From Waterburya sp. (GTDB lineage: Bacteria > Cyanobacteriota > Cyanobacteriia > Cyanobacteriales > Xenococcaceae): a stretch of DNA of 64,000 bases. Position 1 is the first letter of the stretch. Each line of letters starts with the position of its first letter. The stretch is taken from contig CBDCJV010000002.1 of NCBI GenBank assembly GCA_965217895.1, forward strand, positions 4,672,001-4,736,000, in the 5' to 3' direction. Under the pieces are notes generated by a model. The model saw only the letters and a program-made list of their open reading frames with translations. It was not told the DNA's origin and made no database searches. Both the position numbers and the translations under genes were made by a program. Below are positions 1-11,017 of the stretch, piece after piece.

Positions 1-45
1 TTCTACTTTGTTGAGTTTGATTGTGGTGTTAGCTTCAGTACTCAT
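1..45 (-). CDS. nirA: 5' end of probable ferredoxin-nitrite reductase (runs off the window)
   Basis: ATG at 45 gives MSTEANTTIKLNKVE, resembling the NirA N-terminus (LNKxE). It is preceded by NtcA and NtcB sites typical of nirA promoters. Confidence 0.65.
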   Translation of the reverse strand, partial: MSTEANTTIKLNKVE

Positions 46-118
46 AAATCTAAATCTTGGGGGTTTATAAAGGGATGAGGGATGAGGAATAAAGATGTGT
101 TTGGCATCATTACCTACA

Positions 119-160
119 AGATTATGTAGATTTTCCAGTACAGTTTGTATATCTTGTTAC
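119..160 (-). promoter_or_regulatory. NtcA-activated promoter (GTA-N8-TAC-N22-TAN3T)
   Basis: On the minus strand GTAACAAGATATAC (147-160) is followed after exactly 22 nt by TAATCT (119-124). Confidence 0.85.
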
Positions 161-175
161 GAGATATAATCTGCT

Positions 176-190
176 ATGCGTTTACTGCAT
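176..190. promoter_or_regulatory. NtcB (LysR-type) binding motif ATGC-N7-GCAT
   Basis: ATGCGTTTACTGCAT lies just upstream of the NtcA box relative to the minus-strand gene. Confidence 0.75.
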
Positions 191-606
191 TGATTAAAAG
201 CGCAATAAGCATATTGCCTTTAGGCAAAAACGGCTAAAAATAAGGTGTCCAAAGTAAAAACTAAGCTGCTTGCTCTTTATCTGACTTGTTGGCTAATTTG
301 CCGTCTTCTAAATGAATGATGCGATCGCACTAGTGTATTTGGTGTATCAAAGCAGATTTTGTTCAATTTTACATTGTTAAGTAATGCAAATAAAGCCTGA
401 GTATATACTCATCTTTTTTGATAAAGTTTGTTACGTAATGTTTAATTATTGTTATCGAATTGTTTCAGATAAGGTGTTTGACAGATTTTGAGTATCTTTT
501 TTTGATAACAATATTCTACATAAGACCTTTGTATCGGATAGGTAAAGAGCGAGCTTATCCTCCATACCCCGTTCAGATCGCCATTATTTAAGGAGAGTAA
601 AGTTAT

Positions 607-3600
607 ATGTTCACCCAGGTCAAGTCAACCGTTCGTCACGTTAAGCCAGATGCCGTTAACGGACGCGATCTGCTCAGGGTGGTCTATGTCGTGCTAGAGC
701 CTCAGTATCAAAGCACCCTGACTGAGGCAGCTAAATCGATCAATAGCAATAATCCCCATTTAGCCATTGAACTTAGTGGCTATTTAATCGAAGAGTTGAG
801 AGACGAAGAAAACTTTAGCAACTTTAAAAAAGATGTTGCCCAAGCCAATATATTTATTGCGTCTTTGATCTTTGTCGAAGATTTAGCACAAAAAGTAGTC
901 GAGGCAGTAACTCCCCACCGTGATAACTTAGACGCTGCGGTAGTTTTTCCTTCCATGCCAGAAGTGATGCGCCTCAACAAAATGGGCAGCTTTTCGATGG
1001 CGCAGTTAGGACAGTCTAAAAGTGCGATCGCTCAATTTATGCGTAAGCGCAAAGAGAAGTCTGGCAGTTCTTTCCAGGATGCAATGCTCAAGCTATTGCG
1101 AACTCTGCCTAAAGTCTTAAAATATCTGCCTGTAGAAAAGGCGCAGGATGCCCGTAATTTTATGCTGAGTTTTCAGTATTGGTTGGGGGGTAATGCCGAT
1201 AACTTAGAGAACTTCTTATTAATGCTATCGGATAAATATGTTTATCCAGATAGACCAGGGAGTCAAAAGCAATACGCCGAACCCATTACCTATCCAGACA
1301 TGGGTATCTGGCATCCTCTCGCACCCAAGATGTTTGAGGATATTCAAGAATACATAGACTGGTTTAACAGTCGTACAGATATTGCTGACGATCTCAAAGA
1401 TCCTTTAGCACCCTGTGTTGGTCTAGTCTTGCAGCGTACTCATTTAGCTACCCAAGACCATGCTCACTATGTGGCAATGGTGCAGGAACTAGAATGTATG
1501 GGTGCAAGAGTTATTCCCGTCTTTGCTGGGGGATTGGACTTTTCTAAACCCGTCGATGCTTACTTCTGGCAAGAGGGTCAACAGCAGGCAATAGTTGATG
1601 TAGTAGTTTCCTTAACAGGTTTTGCTTTAGTTGGTGGCCCAGCCAGACAAGATCATCCCAAAGCGATCGAGTCACTAAAACGCCTTAACCGTCCCTACAT
1701 GGTGGCGTTACCTCTGGTATTCCAAACTACAGAGGAATGGGAAGAGAGCGAATTGGGTTTACATCCTGTCCAGGTAGCACTACAAATTGCTATTCCCGAA
1801 TTAGATGGGGCAATTGAGCCGATTATTGCCTCTGGTAGAGATGGGGCAACAGGTAAATCTATTGCCCTCCAAGATCGAGTAGAAGCGATCGCTCGTCGGG
1901 CGATGAAATGGGGTAGTTTACGTAAGAAACCCAAGCTAGATAAGAAAGTAGCAATTACCGTTTTTAGTTTTCCTCCCGATAAAGGTAACGTGGGTACAGC
2001 AGCTTACCTCAATGTCTTTGGCTCAATCTACGAGGCAATGAAAGGTTTAAGAGATAACGGCTATGATATTCAAGACCTGCCAGATTCTCCTGAAGAATTA
2101 ATGCAGGCAGTAATCCATGATGCTCAGGCGCAGTATGCTTCTCCTGAACTTAATGTTGCCCATCGGATGTCCGTAGAACAGTATGAACGTCTGACTCCCT
2201 ACTCCGTGAAGCTAGAAGAAAACTGGGGGTCACCACCAGGACACCTTAACACTGATGGCAAAAACCTGCTGATCTACGGGAAAGAATTTGGCAACGTCTT
2301 TATCGGCGTACAGCCTACCTTTGGCTACGAAGGCGATCCCATGCGCTTATTGTTTTCTCGCTCTGCTTCTCCTCATCATGGTTTTGCAGCCTACTATACT
2401 TACCTAGAGCATATCTGGAAAGCCGATGCGGTGCTGCACTTTGGTACTCATGGCTCACTAGAATTTATGCCAGGGAAACAAATGGGTATGTCTGGAGACT
2501 GCTATCCCGATAGCTTAATTGGGAGTATTCCCAACATCTATTATTACGCTGCCAATAACCCTTCTGAGGCAACTATTGCTAAACGTCGTAGTTACGCAGC
2601 AACTATTTCTTACCTCACTCCTCCCGCCGAAAATGCAGGACTGTATAAAGGCTTAAAAGAACTGGGTGATTTAATTGGTTCGTATCAAAGCCTTAAAGAT
2701 GGCGGACGAGGTGTTCAAATCGTCGATACGGTTATGGATCAGGCGCGGATTTGTAATTTAGATAAAGATATTGCTTTTCCCGACCACTCGGCAAAAGAGA
2801 TGACTCAAGAAGAGAGAGATACGATAATTGGTTTGGTTTACAAGCAGCTAATGGAAATCGAGTCTCGTTTACTCCCCTGTGGCTTACATATTATTGGTAA
2901 ACCGCCGACTGCCGAAGAAGCGATCGCCACGTTAGTCAGTATCTCTAATCTAGACCGCGAAGAAGAAGGAATTATTTCTTTTCCTCGCCTCATTGCTAAC
3001 AGCATCGGTAGAGACATTGATGAGATCTACATCAACAACGACCGCGGTATCTTAACAGACGTTCAACTATTTCAAGATATTACCCAAGCAACTCGTGCTG
3101 CGGTTGGTGCCTTGGTTCACGCTCAAATTGATGCTGATGGCAGAGTATCAATGGTGTCTAAGCTAAATTTCTTTAACATTGGTAAAAAAGCACCTTGGTT
3201 AGAAGCATTAAGCGAACATGGTTACAAAAACCTGGATATTGATGCTCTCAAACCTTTGGTTGAATATCTAGAGTTCTGCTTAGAACAAATATGTGCCGAT
3301 AACGAACTAGGTGGCTTACTTCAAGCTTTAGAAGGAGAGTATGTACTACCTGGCCCTGGCGGCGATCCGATCCGTAATCCCAACGTTTTACCAACAGGTA
3401 AAAACATTCACGCTTTAGATCCTCAGTCTATTCCTACATTGGCAGCAGTTCAATCAGCCAAAATTGTCGTAGATAGATTAATCGAGCGTCAAAGACTTGA
3501 TAACGGTGGTAACTATCCCGAAAGCATTGCCTGTGTCCTCTGGGGAACAGACAACATTAAAACCTATGGTGAGTCTTTGGCACAAATCATGTGGATGGTA

Positions 3601-4584
3601 GGTGTACGTCCTGTACCTGATGCTTTAGGTCGAGTTAATAAGCTAGAGTTAATTTCTTTAGAAGAATTAGGTCGTCCCCGTATTGATGTAGTAGTTAATT
3701 GTTCTGGTGTATTCCGTGACCTGTTTATCAACCAAATGAATTTACTCGATCGCGGTGTCAAAATGGCAGCAGAAGCCGATGAACCTCTTGCCATGAACTT
3801 TGTGCGTAAACACGCCTTAGAACAAGCTGAAGAAATGGGCATCAACATCCGCCAAGCAGCAACCCGTATCTTCTCTAATGCTTCTGGTTCATACTCTTCT
3901 AACATCAACTTGGCAGTCGAAAACAGCAGTTGGGAAGAAGAAAAAGAATTACAGGATATGTATTTAAACCGTAAATCCTTTGCCTTTAATTCTGATAATC
4001 CTGGGGTAATGGATGAAAGTCGCGGCTTGTTTGAATCTTCCTTAAAAAGAGCCGATGTAACTTTCCAAAACTTAGACTCATCAGAGATTAGTCTGACCGA
4101 TGTATCTCATTACTTTGATTCCGATCCGACTAAGATCGTCTCCAGTTTAAGAGATGACGGCAAAAAACCTACGGCATATATTGCAGATACTACTACCGCC
4201 AATGCTCAAGTTCGTACCCTATCAGAAACTGTGCGTTTAGATGCTCGTACTAAAATGCTTAACCCCAAATGGTATGAAGGAATGCTTAGTAACGGTTACG
4301 AAGGTGTGCGGGAACTTTCCAAGCGTTTAGTTAACACAATGGGTTGGTCGGCTACAGCCGATGCAGTGGATAACTGGGTTTATGAAGATGTCAATACTAC
4401 CTTTATTGACGATCCCCAGATGTGCAAACGTCTTATGGATATGAACCCTAATTCCTTCCGCAAGATTGTCGGTACTTTGTTGGAAGTTAACGGTCGCGGT
4501 TATTGGGAAACCAATGAAGAAAACCTCGACAGACTGCGAGAACTGTATCAAGAAGTGGAAGACAGAATTGAAGGAATTGATTAA
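607..4584 (+). CDS. chlH: Magnesium chelatase subunit H
   Basis: 1325 aa with CobN/ChlH motifs ([26 protein letters not shown]) and the typical C-terminus [14 protein letters not shown]. Confidence 0.98.
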   Translation: MFTQVKSTVRHVKPDAVNGRDLLRVVYVVLEPQYQSTLTEAAKSINSNNPHLAIELSGYLIEELRDEENFSNFKKDVAQANIFIASLIFVEDLAQKVVEAVTPHRDNLDAAVVFPSMPEVMRLNKMGSFSMAQLGQSKSAIAQFMRKRKEKSGSSFQDAMLKLLRTLPKVLKYLPVEKAQDARNFMLSFQYWLGGNADNLENFLLMLSDKYVYPDRPGSQKQYAEPITYPDMGIWHPLAPKMFEDIQEYIDWFNSRTDIADDLKDPLAPCVGLVLQRTHLATQDHAHYVAMVQELECMGARVIPVFAGGLDFSKPVDAYFWQEGQQQAIVDVVVSLTGFALVGGPARQDHPKAIESLKRLNRPYMVALPLVFQTTEEWEESELGLHPVQVALQIAIPELDGAIEPIIASGRDGATGKSIALQDRVEAIARRAMKWGSLRKKPKLDKKVAITVFSFPPDKGNVGTAAYLNVFGSIYEAMKGLRDNGYDIQDLPDSPEELMQAVIHDAQAQYASPELNVAHRMSVEQYERLTPYSVKLEENWGSPPGHLNTDGKNLLIYGKEFGNVFIGVQPTFGYEGDPMRLLFSRSASPHHGFAAYYTYLEHIWKADAVLHFGTHGSLEFMPGKQMGMSGDCYPDSLIGSIPNIYYYAANNPSEATIAKRRSYAATISYLTPPAENAGLYKGLKELGDLIGSYQSLKDGGRGVQIVDTVMDQARICNLDKDIAFPDHSAKEMTQEERDTIIGLVYKQLMEIESRLLPCGLHIIGKPPTAEEAIATLVSISNLDREEEGIISFPRLIANSIGRDIDEIYINNDRGILTDVQLFQDITQATRAAVGALVHAQIDADGRVSMVSKLNFFNIGKKAPWLEALSEHGYKNLDIDALKPLVEYLEFCLEQICADNELGGLLQALEGEYVLPGPGGDPIRNPNVLPTGKNIHALDPQSIPTLAAVQSAKIVVDRLIERQRLDNGGNYPESIACVLWGTDNIKTYGESLAQIMWMVGVRPVPDALGRVNKLELISLEELGRPRIDVVVNCSGVFRDLFINQMNLLDRGVKMAAEADEPLAMNFVRKHALEQAEEMGINIRQAATRIFSNASGSYSSNINLAVENSSWEEEKELQDMYLNRKSFAFNSDNPGVMDESRGLFESSLKRADVTFQNLDSSEISLTDVSHYFDSDPTKIVSSLRDDGKKPTAYIADTTTANAQVRTLSETVRLDARTKMLNPKWYEGMLSNGYEGVRELSKRLVNTMGWSATADAVDNWVYEDVNTTFIDDPQMCKRLMDMNPNSFRKIVGTLLEVNGRGYWETNEENLDRLRELYQEVEDRIEGID

Positions 4585-4687
4585 TAGTTAATTCAATTTA
4601 AGCAATTGAATTTTGTAAATAGATAGGGAGGTGCTTTTATTGCCTCCCTATTGCTATATTTGGCTAATATTAAAATATGTAGAATTG

Positions 4688-5278
4688 ATGAAGGATAATT
4701 TTTGGGGCATAATTTGGTCGAGTTTTTTGGAAGTTCAAGGTGCGTTAATCACGTTTATTGGGATTTTTGTATCCATTGGATTGGCTCGTTTTCCAGTAAA
4801 ATCTCAAGTATCTTTAGACATACTCATAATCATAGTTTTGATTTTGTTGCTTATGATAGTAACTGCCGTTAATGCTTGCAACAGATTGTTTGTAGAGTAT
4901 AGAAAATTAAACCACAAACTAGAAACAGTCGAGCGAGAAAACGAGCAACTTAATAAAATCTCTCAAAAGCGTTTGATTCCAGAAATTTTATCAGCGCGTG
5001 ATTATCAAATCAACAATATCTCAGGAATATTTTGTCTGCTAGAAAAGTCAGAACTTTTCTCTCACAATATTTATGTATCTTGTTACTATACAGACAATGA
5101 TGATTTTGAAATAATAATTGGCGTTGGAAGCGTTATTAATATTCAGACAGATGGGAAAATACAAGTATTGATAGATGAATTTGTTAATAATTATGAGGAT
5201 ATTTTAAAAAAATTAGCCAATAACGATAATAAAATTGTTTCCAGAATTTTAATTAAACCCACCATGATTAAAAGTTAA
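4688..5278 (+). CDS. Hypothetical membrane protein (2 TM + coiled coil + soluble C-terminal domain)
   Basis: ORF 4631-5278; the ATG at 4688 is the preferred start. Two hydrophobic segments; very AT-rich. Confidence 0.7.
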   Translation: MKDNFWGIIWSSFLEVQGALITFIGIFVSIGLARFPVKSQVSLDILIIIVLILLLMIVTAVNACNRLFVEYRKLNHKLETVERENEQLNKISQKRLIPEILSARDYQINNISGIFCLLEKSELFSHNIYVSCYYTDNDDFEIIIGVGSVINIQTDGKIQVLIDEFVNNYEDILKKLANNDNKIVSRILIKPTMIKS

Positions 5279-5312
5279 TTATCAATAAATATTTGAAAAT
5301 GTATTAAAAATC

Positions 5313-5708
5313 ATGAAAAGTTCAACAGATAGCCCAAAATTAGAACAAAAAGTTTTTCCTGCCCAAGTAGTTAAAATCATTAGTAATACTAGATTAGCTA
5401 TAAATCGCGGTTCAGAACATAAAATACGTCCCAATCAAAAAGTATTAGTTTATTGTTTAAGTGATGAAGAAATAAAAGACCCCGAAACAGGGAAATCTTT
5501 GGGCTATTTAGAAATATATAAGGGAACAGGCAAAATAATTCATATTCAGGAAAAAATGTCTATCATCGAATCTGATAGATCTCAGACTAAAACTACTAAA
5601 AATACACCATCATTAGCATTTTTAGGCAGAGGAGACGAAGTTTACCATGATTCTTATTTATTAGATTTTGAAGATCCAGAGATAGGAGACATGGTAAAAC
5701 CAATTTAG
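5313..5708 (+). CDS. Hypothetical protein, FlgT C-terminal-like beta domain
   Basis: Motifs INRGSEHKIR, EEIKDPETGKSLG and IGDMVKP resemble FlgT-C-like small beta domains. Confidence 0.6.
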   Translation: MKSSTDSPKLEQKVFPAQVVKIISNTRLAINRGSEHKIRPNQKVLVYCLSDEEIKDPETGKSLGYLEIYKGTGKIIHIQEKMSIIESDRSQTKTTKNTPSLAFLGRGDEVYHDSYLLDFEDPEIGDMVKPI

Positions 5709-5720
5709 AAAATTTGCAAG

Positions 5721-6014
5721 ATGAGGCAACAGCGGAGTGGAATAAGCTGCTTGAAAAGCAGCATTTCATCCGCTCAAAATAAACAAACCGAACGCCAACC
5801 ATTAGAATATTATCTCTCTTTAAAATACCCTATTTCGATTTACCCAGAAGAGGTCGGTTATATAGTAATGATTCCCGATCTTCCTGGATGTATAACACAA
5901 GGAGAAACTTTAGAAGAATGTATCGTTAATATTGAAGAAGCAAGAGAAATTTGGATTGAAACCGTTTATAAGAGTGTCAAAAAAGATATTCCCCTGCCAT
6001 CAAAAAGAATTTAG
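5721..6014 (+). CDS. hicB: HicB-family antitoxin (orphan, no adjacent hicA)
   Basis: HicB signature PDLPGCITQGETLEE...IEEAREIWIE...IPLPS. Confidence 0.85.
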   Translation: MRQQRSGISCLKSSISSAQNKQTERQPLEYYLSLKYPISIYPEEVGYIVMIPDLPGCITQGETLEECIVNIEEAREIWIETVYKSVKKDIPLPSKRI

Positions 6015-6066
6015 ATCGCTTCGTAAATTATATCAAGAAGTGAAAAATAAGATTAAAAATATTGAT
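5928..6066 (+). repeat. Unit of hicB tail + degenerate chlH tail (copy 1)
   Basis: Similar to 8156-8298. After GATCG at 6014, the sequence reads LRKLYQEVKNKIKNID, a decayed chlH C-terminus. Confidence 0.8.
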
Positions 6067-6125
6067 CATGAGTAAAATTGAAGAAGCGAGAAAACTTTTC
6101 TGATTTAATTTAGTAACTTTAATAT

Positions 6126-6806
6126 TTAAGTAATTATTCTAAATGTCAAATTAATTCTTTCCGTCAATACTTTAGAAGTTTTTGGTACTTGATGTTTCCA
6201 AAAATGTTGTGTCGCTCCTTTCATGAACAGTAGACTACCGTGCGTCAAAGCAACTTCGACTGTATCTAAATCTTTATTTGATTTATGTTTTAACTGAAAA
6301 CGTCTTGTTTCACCAAAACTTACTGAAGCAATAATTGGATTTCGATCTAACTCCGGCTCATCGTCACTATGCCATGAAACGTAATCTTTTCCATTACGAT
6401 ATAAGTTTAATAAAACACTGTTGAAGTTTAGCTCTACTACTTTTTCAACTTTTTCTTTGATTGAAAGTAGTGTCGGTGTCCAGGTATCGGGATTCATGTT
6501 AATACCTGAATATTTATAGGATTTACCTTGATCTCCGTACCAAGCAGTCAATCTGGGTAACTTAACTTCTTTACCAAACATTTTTATTTTATCTTGTCGC
6601 CAATTTATACTATCTAGTAACTCGTCGAATAGTTGGTCGCTTTCTAATTCGTCAAAAAAATTTCGATAAATAATCACTTCTCCATCAGGCATAGATTCAC
6701 CTGATGGCAAAGTTATAATTTCAGGATATTTTTGATTATTAGTTCTTTCTACACCAAATAAGTCAAGACTAAATTGTTTCGCCATATCATCCTGAGTAAC
6801 AATCAA
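6126..6806 (-). CDS. AlkB-family 2OG-Fe(II) dioxygenase (ALKBH2/3-like)
   Basis: PRLTAWYG, LLNLYRNGKDYVSWHSDDE (HxD), HQVPK and RINLTFR motifs. Confidence 0.92.
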   Translation of the reverse strand: MIVTQDDMAKQFSLDLFGVERTNNQKYPEIITLPSGESMPDGEVIIYRNFFDELESDQLFDELLDSINWRQDKIKMFGKEVKLPRLTAWYGDQGKSYKYSGINMNPDTWTPTLLSIKEKVEKVVELNFNSVLLNLYRNGKDYVSWHSDDEPELDRNPIIASVSFGETRRFQLKHKSNKDLDTVEVALTHGSLLFMKGATQHFWKHQVPKTSKVLTERINLTFRIIT

Positions 6807-6823
6807 TAAATTTAAGACATGAA

Positions 6824-7672
6824 CTATGTAGCATATGTCTTGAAAATTTTATGATATCTGGGTATCGAACGATTTTCATATTTACTGACTTTCATCATCC
6901 AAATATTTTTGCCTGTAATGTCTTCATCTTTAATAGATATATCTGATAAGTTGACCAAGTTCGACAACTTATTGTAAAAATCATCAATTCTACCTATACT
7001 TTCTGAATTTTTGGGATTAATACAGACAAAGTAATTATCTCCTTTTTGAGTCTTTTTAATTAGTGAGGTTAAATTCTGTAGATTTATTTTTTCTATGTCA
7101 AGAACATTGGAAAATATATGTAATTTCAAATTTTCAAATTCAGAATCAACATCGTTTTCTTCTAGTTTGTCAAGAGTTTTATATATTTCTTTGATCTTTA
7201 TCTGATCTAATTCTTCAGGAGACAAAGCCTGGTTAATATATTCAACTCCTCTTTTAAGTGCAATCTGAGAAGGTTCAATTAGTGTAAGTTTTTTAAAAGG
7301 TAAATTTATTTGTTTTGAGCGACAATAGCTTATTAATGAACAAGTATCAGTGGCAGCACCACAGCCATAACTAAAAATTTCTAGCTGTTGATCGCGAAAT
7401 CTTGGCATATCTAGCGCATCAAATGCTTCCACCAGTTTATAGTAATGGTGTGCGCCATAGAAAGCGATATAAATATCTACTTCCTCATCAGATTCTAGAA
7501 TTTTTCTACCCTTTTGAATTGCATTCTGAGCATCTTGCCAACTTCTGTAATTTATATTGTTACGATAGCTTTCTAAGCAAACTTCATATACATTTTTAAT
7601 ATAATCGAAGTTAGGCTTGACTCGACTTACTCTTGAAAGTTGACTTACCATCCTTATTTTTCCTTTTGACAT
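6824..7672 (-). CDS. Hypothetical protein, probable class I SAM-dependent methyltransferase fold
   Basis: Motif-I-like IFSYGCGAAT, acidic residue in LIEPS, and FSNVLD motif. Confidence 0.55.
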   Translation of the reverse strand: MSKGKIRMVSQLSRVSRVKPNFDYIKNVYEVCLESYRNNINYRSWQDAQNAIQKGRKILESDEEVDIYIAFYGAHHYYKLVEAFDALDMPRFRDQQLEIFSYGCGAATDTCSLISYCRSKQINLPFKKLTLIEPSQIALKRGVEYINQALSPEELDQIKIKEIYKTLDKLEENDVDSEFENLKLHIFSNVLDIEKINLQNLTSLIKKTQKGDNYFVCINPKNSESIGRIDDFYNKLSNLVNLSDISIKDEDITGKNIWMMKVSKYENRSIPRYHKIFKTYAT

Positions 7673-7784
7673 TTACTGGTTTCAATCCAATGTGTCTTAA
7701 AGAAAATTAAGTAACAGTGATCTCGTTACTGCTAGTTTTAATAAAAAGTGCGATCGCAATTTCTATTTCTCGCCCTCTACTCAA

Positions 7785-8156
7785 ATGATTGAAGTTACTG
7801 TTGCAGATTTAATCTTTCCACTAAATATTGCTGATGAAAGTTGTGTGTTGATATTGTGGGACGAAGTAAATCGTCGGTTACTGCAAATTTTTATCGGAAT
7901 TCCGAGAGAAGCGATCGCTCAAATTCTTACAGATACTTCTCAATCCAGACCGATGACTTTTCAATTTATATCAAATATGTTGAAGGCTGCCAATATAAGT
8001 TTAGAGTCCGTTAAAGTAGAATCTCTTCATAAAGATACTTATTACGCCACGGCATTTTTGGGTTGTGACAGTCAAGTTAAAGAAGTAGATGCACGACCAA
8101 GTGATGCGATCGCATTAGCATTATTAATGAATAGTCCGAAGAAAAATCTGTTATAA
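7785..8156 (+). pseudogene. Bifunctional nuclease (DUF151) family, probably truncated
   Basis: LQIFIG..EA, RPMT and DARPSDAIALAL motifs. It ends abruptly after NSP, where the hicB-tail repeat begins. Confidence 0.7.
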
Positions 8157-8298
8157 ATATTGAGGAAGCAAGGAAACTTTGGATTGAAACAATATACGCC
8201 AGTGGGAAAAAAGATATTCCTTTACCATCAAAGAGAATTGCGATCGCTTACGTGAACTGTATCAAGAAGTGGAAGACAGAATTGAAGGTATTGATTAA
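8156..8298 (+). repeat. Unit of hicB tail + chlH tail (copy 2)
   Basis: 8156-8239 encodes NIEEARKLWIETIYASGKKDIPLPSKRI. HIP1 at 8240-8247. 8242-8298 encodes [18 protein letters not shown], protein-identical to chlH 4528-4584. Confidence 0.92.
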
Positions 8299-8571
8299 GC
8301 CATTTCAAAGCCTCGTCTTTACTAATTCGGTGTTGTTCTTACCCACCCTACTACAGGCTCAATTTAAGAGCGATCGCTTACTAAAAAAGTAACGTTTGTT
8401 AACGAAGTTGTTAAGCAGTATTTCAACTTTAGACAAATAAAGCGATCGCCTGAAAATAAGGCAATACAGCATGATAATATCCATTTCAGGATAAATAGGG
8501 TGAAGCTCCTAATTGAGTCACGTTTGTCCTCAGCTTCAAAAAAGATTTTATAGAGATTCAGGAGAAAAACT

Positions 8572-9795
8572 TTGGGATTAAGAGTAGCTGTTGTCGGTTC
8601 GGGACCCGCAGGTTCATCAGCCGCAGAAGTTTTAGCCAAAGCAGGTATTGAAACTTATTTATTTGAACGCAAGCTAGATAACGCCAAACCCTGTGGTGGT
8701 GCAATTCCTCTTTGCATGGTAGATGAGTTTGATTTGCCTCAAAAGATTATCGATCGGCAGGTCAAAAAAATGAAAATGATTTCGCCATCAAATCGGGAAG
8801 TTAATATCGGCTCAACTCTTAAAGACGGTGAATATATCGGTATGTGCCGCCGAGAAGTTTTAGACGGCTTCTTACGTAATCGCGCTGCCGAGTTGGGTGC
8901 AAACCTAATTAACGGTACTGTATATCAGCTAGATATTCCCGATAGTGAGAAAGAACCCTACACGCTTCATTATGCCGATCATTCGACTGGTGCTGTCAAA
9001 GGGGTGATGAAAACCCTCAAGGTAGATTTAGTAATTGGTGCTGATGGTGCTAACTCTAGAATTGCTAAAGCTATAGATGCTGGTGATTACAACTATGCGA
9101 TCGCTTTCCAAGAGCGTATTCGCTTACCAGAAGATAAGATGGCATACTACGAAGATCTAGCCGAAATGTACGTCGGTGACGATGTTTCTACAGATTTTTA
9201 TGCTTGGGTGTTTCCCAAATTCGACCATGTAGCAGTCGGTACAGGAACTATGAAGGTTAATCAAGCCGACATCAAAAAACTACAGGCTGGTATCCGCAAG
9301 CGTGCTGCTAAACGACTAGAAGGTGGCAAAATCATCAAAGTCGAAGCCCACCCCATTCCCGAACATCCTCGCCCTCGTCCTATTCGTGGCAGAGTTGTTT
9401 TAGTCGGCGATGCTTTAGGCACTGTAACTAAGTCTTCTGGTGAAGGTATTTACTTTGCAGCCAAGTCTGGTCGTATGTGCGCCGAGATGATCGTAGAGCG
9501 ATCGCAGAATGGACAAAAAGTTCCCACTGAAAAAGATCTCAAAGACTTTATGAAACTCTGGAACAAAGAATACGGTGCGACTTACCTTGTACTGGATATT
9601 CTGCAACGAGTTTTCTACCGCAGTGATGCCACTCGTGAAGCATTTGTCGAAATGTGCGATGACATCGACGTACAAAAAATGACTTTTGATAGCTATCTCT
9701 ACAAAACTGTCGTTCCTGCTAATCCTTTAACTCAAATGAAGGTAACAGCTAAAACTCTTGGTAGTTTGCTTAGAGGTAATGCTTTAGCACCTTAA
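8572..9795 (+). CDS. chlP: Geranylgeranyl reductase
   Basis: FAD-binding GSGPAG and AKPCGGAIPLCM motifs; TTG start after a GGAG RBS. Confidence 0.97.
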   Translation: MGLRVAVVGSGPAGSSAAEVLAKAGIETYLFERKLDNAKPCGGAIPLCMVDEFDLPQKIIDRQVKKMKMISPSNREVNIGSTLKDGEYIGMCRREVLDGFLRNRAAELGANLINGTVYQLDIPDSEKEPYTLHYADHSTGAVKGVMKTLKVDLVIGADGANSRIAKAIDAGDYNYAIAFQERIRLPEDKMAYYEDLAEMYVGDDVSTDFYAWVFPKFDHVAVGTGTMKVNQADIKKLQAGIRKRAAKRLEGGKIIKVEAHPIPEHPRPRPIRGRVVLVGDALGTVTKSSGEGIYFAAKSGRMCAEMIVERSQNGQKVPTEKDLKDFMKLWNKEYGATYLVLDILQRVFYRSDATREAFVEMCDDIDVQKMTFDSYLYKTVVPANPLTQMKVTAKTLGSLLRGNALAP

Positions 9796-9876
9796 GTAAT
9801 TATGATTTGCGGATGAGTAGGTAAAATAAAGCCTTATCGTTACACATTCAGCAATGCCCTAATAATTAATTTATAA

Positions 9877-9910
9877 CAGCATCAGATCACAGCTTTGGTG
9901 CTGATTTTTT
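9877..9910 (+). terminator. Rho-independent terminator after chlP
   Basis: CAGCATCAGA/TTTGGTGCTG stem followed by ATTTTTT. Confidence 0.6.
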
Positions 9911-10021
9911 ATGCTTAACATTAGTAAATCAAAACATCTCTCAAATCCCTTTGCGTCTTTGCGCCTCTGCGCGAGATAATAGTCTCAACCCTTATTACAA
10001 CTGCCATATTAATTATCCTGA

Positions 10022-11017
10022 ATGACTGATTCTATCCAAGAACAACTAAAAGAACTAAATACCATAGCCGTCAAGGCGATCGCATCAACAGATAGCTTAG
10101 AAGAGCTTGAACAGCTAAGAATCAAGTATTTAGGTAAAAAGGGTCAACTATCTCAAATTCTCAGGGGAATGGGCAAGTTATCCGCCGAAGAACGACCTGC
10201 GGTTGGTTCTCAAGCTAACGTAGTCAAAGAAGCAGTTCAAACTGGCATAGAACAGCGTAAGCAAGCATTACAACAGGCAAAGATAGAAGCGCAAATCAAA
10301 GCCGAAACCATAGATGTAACTATGCCAGGAGTCAGTCGTCCTTTGGGTCGAGTACATCCCCTAAATGGCGTAGTAGATAGAGTATTAGATATCTTTGTAG
10401 GCTTGGGCTATACCGTTGCCACTGGTCCTCAGATTGAAACCGATTACTATAATTTTGAAGCTCTTAATACTCCTCCAGATCATCCCGCTAGGGATATGCA
10501 GGATACCTTCTATTTGCCAGGAGGAAACTTATTACGGACTCATACCTCTTCGGTGCAAATTCGCTACATGGAAAACCATGAACCCCCCATCAGAATTATT
10601 GCCCCTGGTCGAGTTTATCGTCGGGATACGGTGGATGCTACCCATTCGGCAGTGTTTAATCAGGTGGAAATATTAGCAATTGATAAAGGTATAAAATTTA
10701 CTGACTTAAAAGGCACGATCAAAGAATTCTTACAGCGGATGTTTGGGGATGAACTCCCCGTTCAGTTTCGCACCAGCTATTTTCCCTTCACCGAACCCTC
10801 AGCAGAAGTAGATGTGCAGTGGAAAGGTAAATGGTTGGAAGTGATGGGGTGCGGAATGGTTGACCCGAATGTTCTTAAAGCCGTTGGCTACGATCCTGAA
10901 GTGTATACAGGTTTTGCAGCAGGTTTCGGGGTAGAAAGATTTGCCATGGTATTACACCAAATTGATGATATTCGCCGTCTATACAATAGCGACTTACGCT
11001 TTTTAAATCAATTTTAG
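10022..11017 (+). CDS. pheS: Phenylalanine-tRNA ligase alpha subunit
   Basis: [18 protein letters not shown] and [10 protein letters not shown] motifs. Confidence 0.98.
   Translation: MTDSIQEQLKELNTIAVKAIASTDSLEELEQLRIKYLGKKGQLSQILRGMGKLSAEERPAVGSQANVVKEAVQTGIEQRKQALQQAKIEAQIKAETIDVTMPGVSRPLGRVHPLNGVVDRVLDIFVGLGYTVATGPQIETDYYNFEALNTPPDHPARDMQDTFYLPGGNLLRTHTSSVQIRYMENHEPPIRIIAPGRVYRRDTVDATHSAVFNQVEILAIDKGIKFTDLKGTIKEFLQRMFGDELPVQFRTSYFPFTEPSAEVDVQWKGKWLEVMGCGMVDPNVLKAVGYDPEVYTGFAAGFGVERFAMVLHQIDDIRRLYNSDLRFLNQF

Noticed and set aside
360..460. RpaB/HLR1-like direct repeats upstream of chlH
   Set aside because: The matches are too degenerate in AT-rich DNA to call.
780..4551. Antisense ORFs within chlH (and similar ones within carB, valS, gcvP and the PKS)
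   Set aside because: They are shadow ORFs of strongly supported genes.
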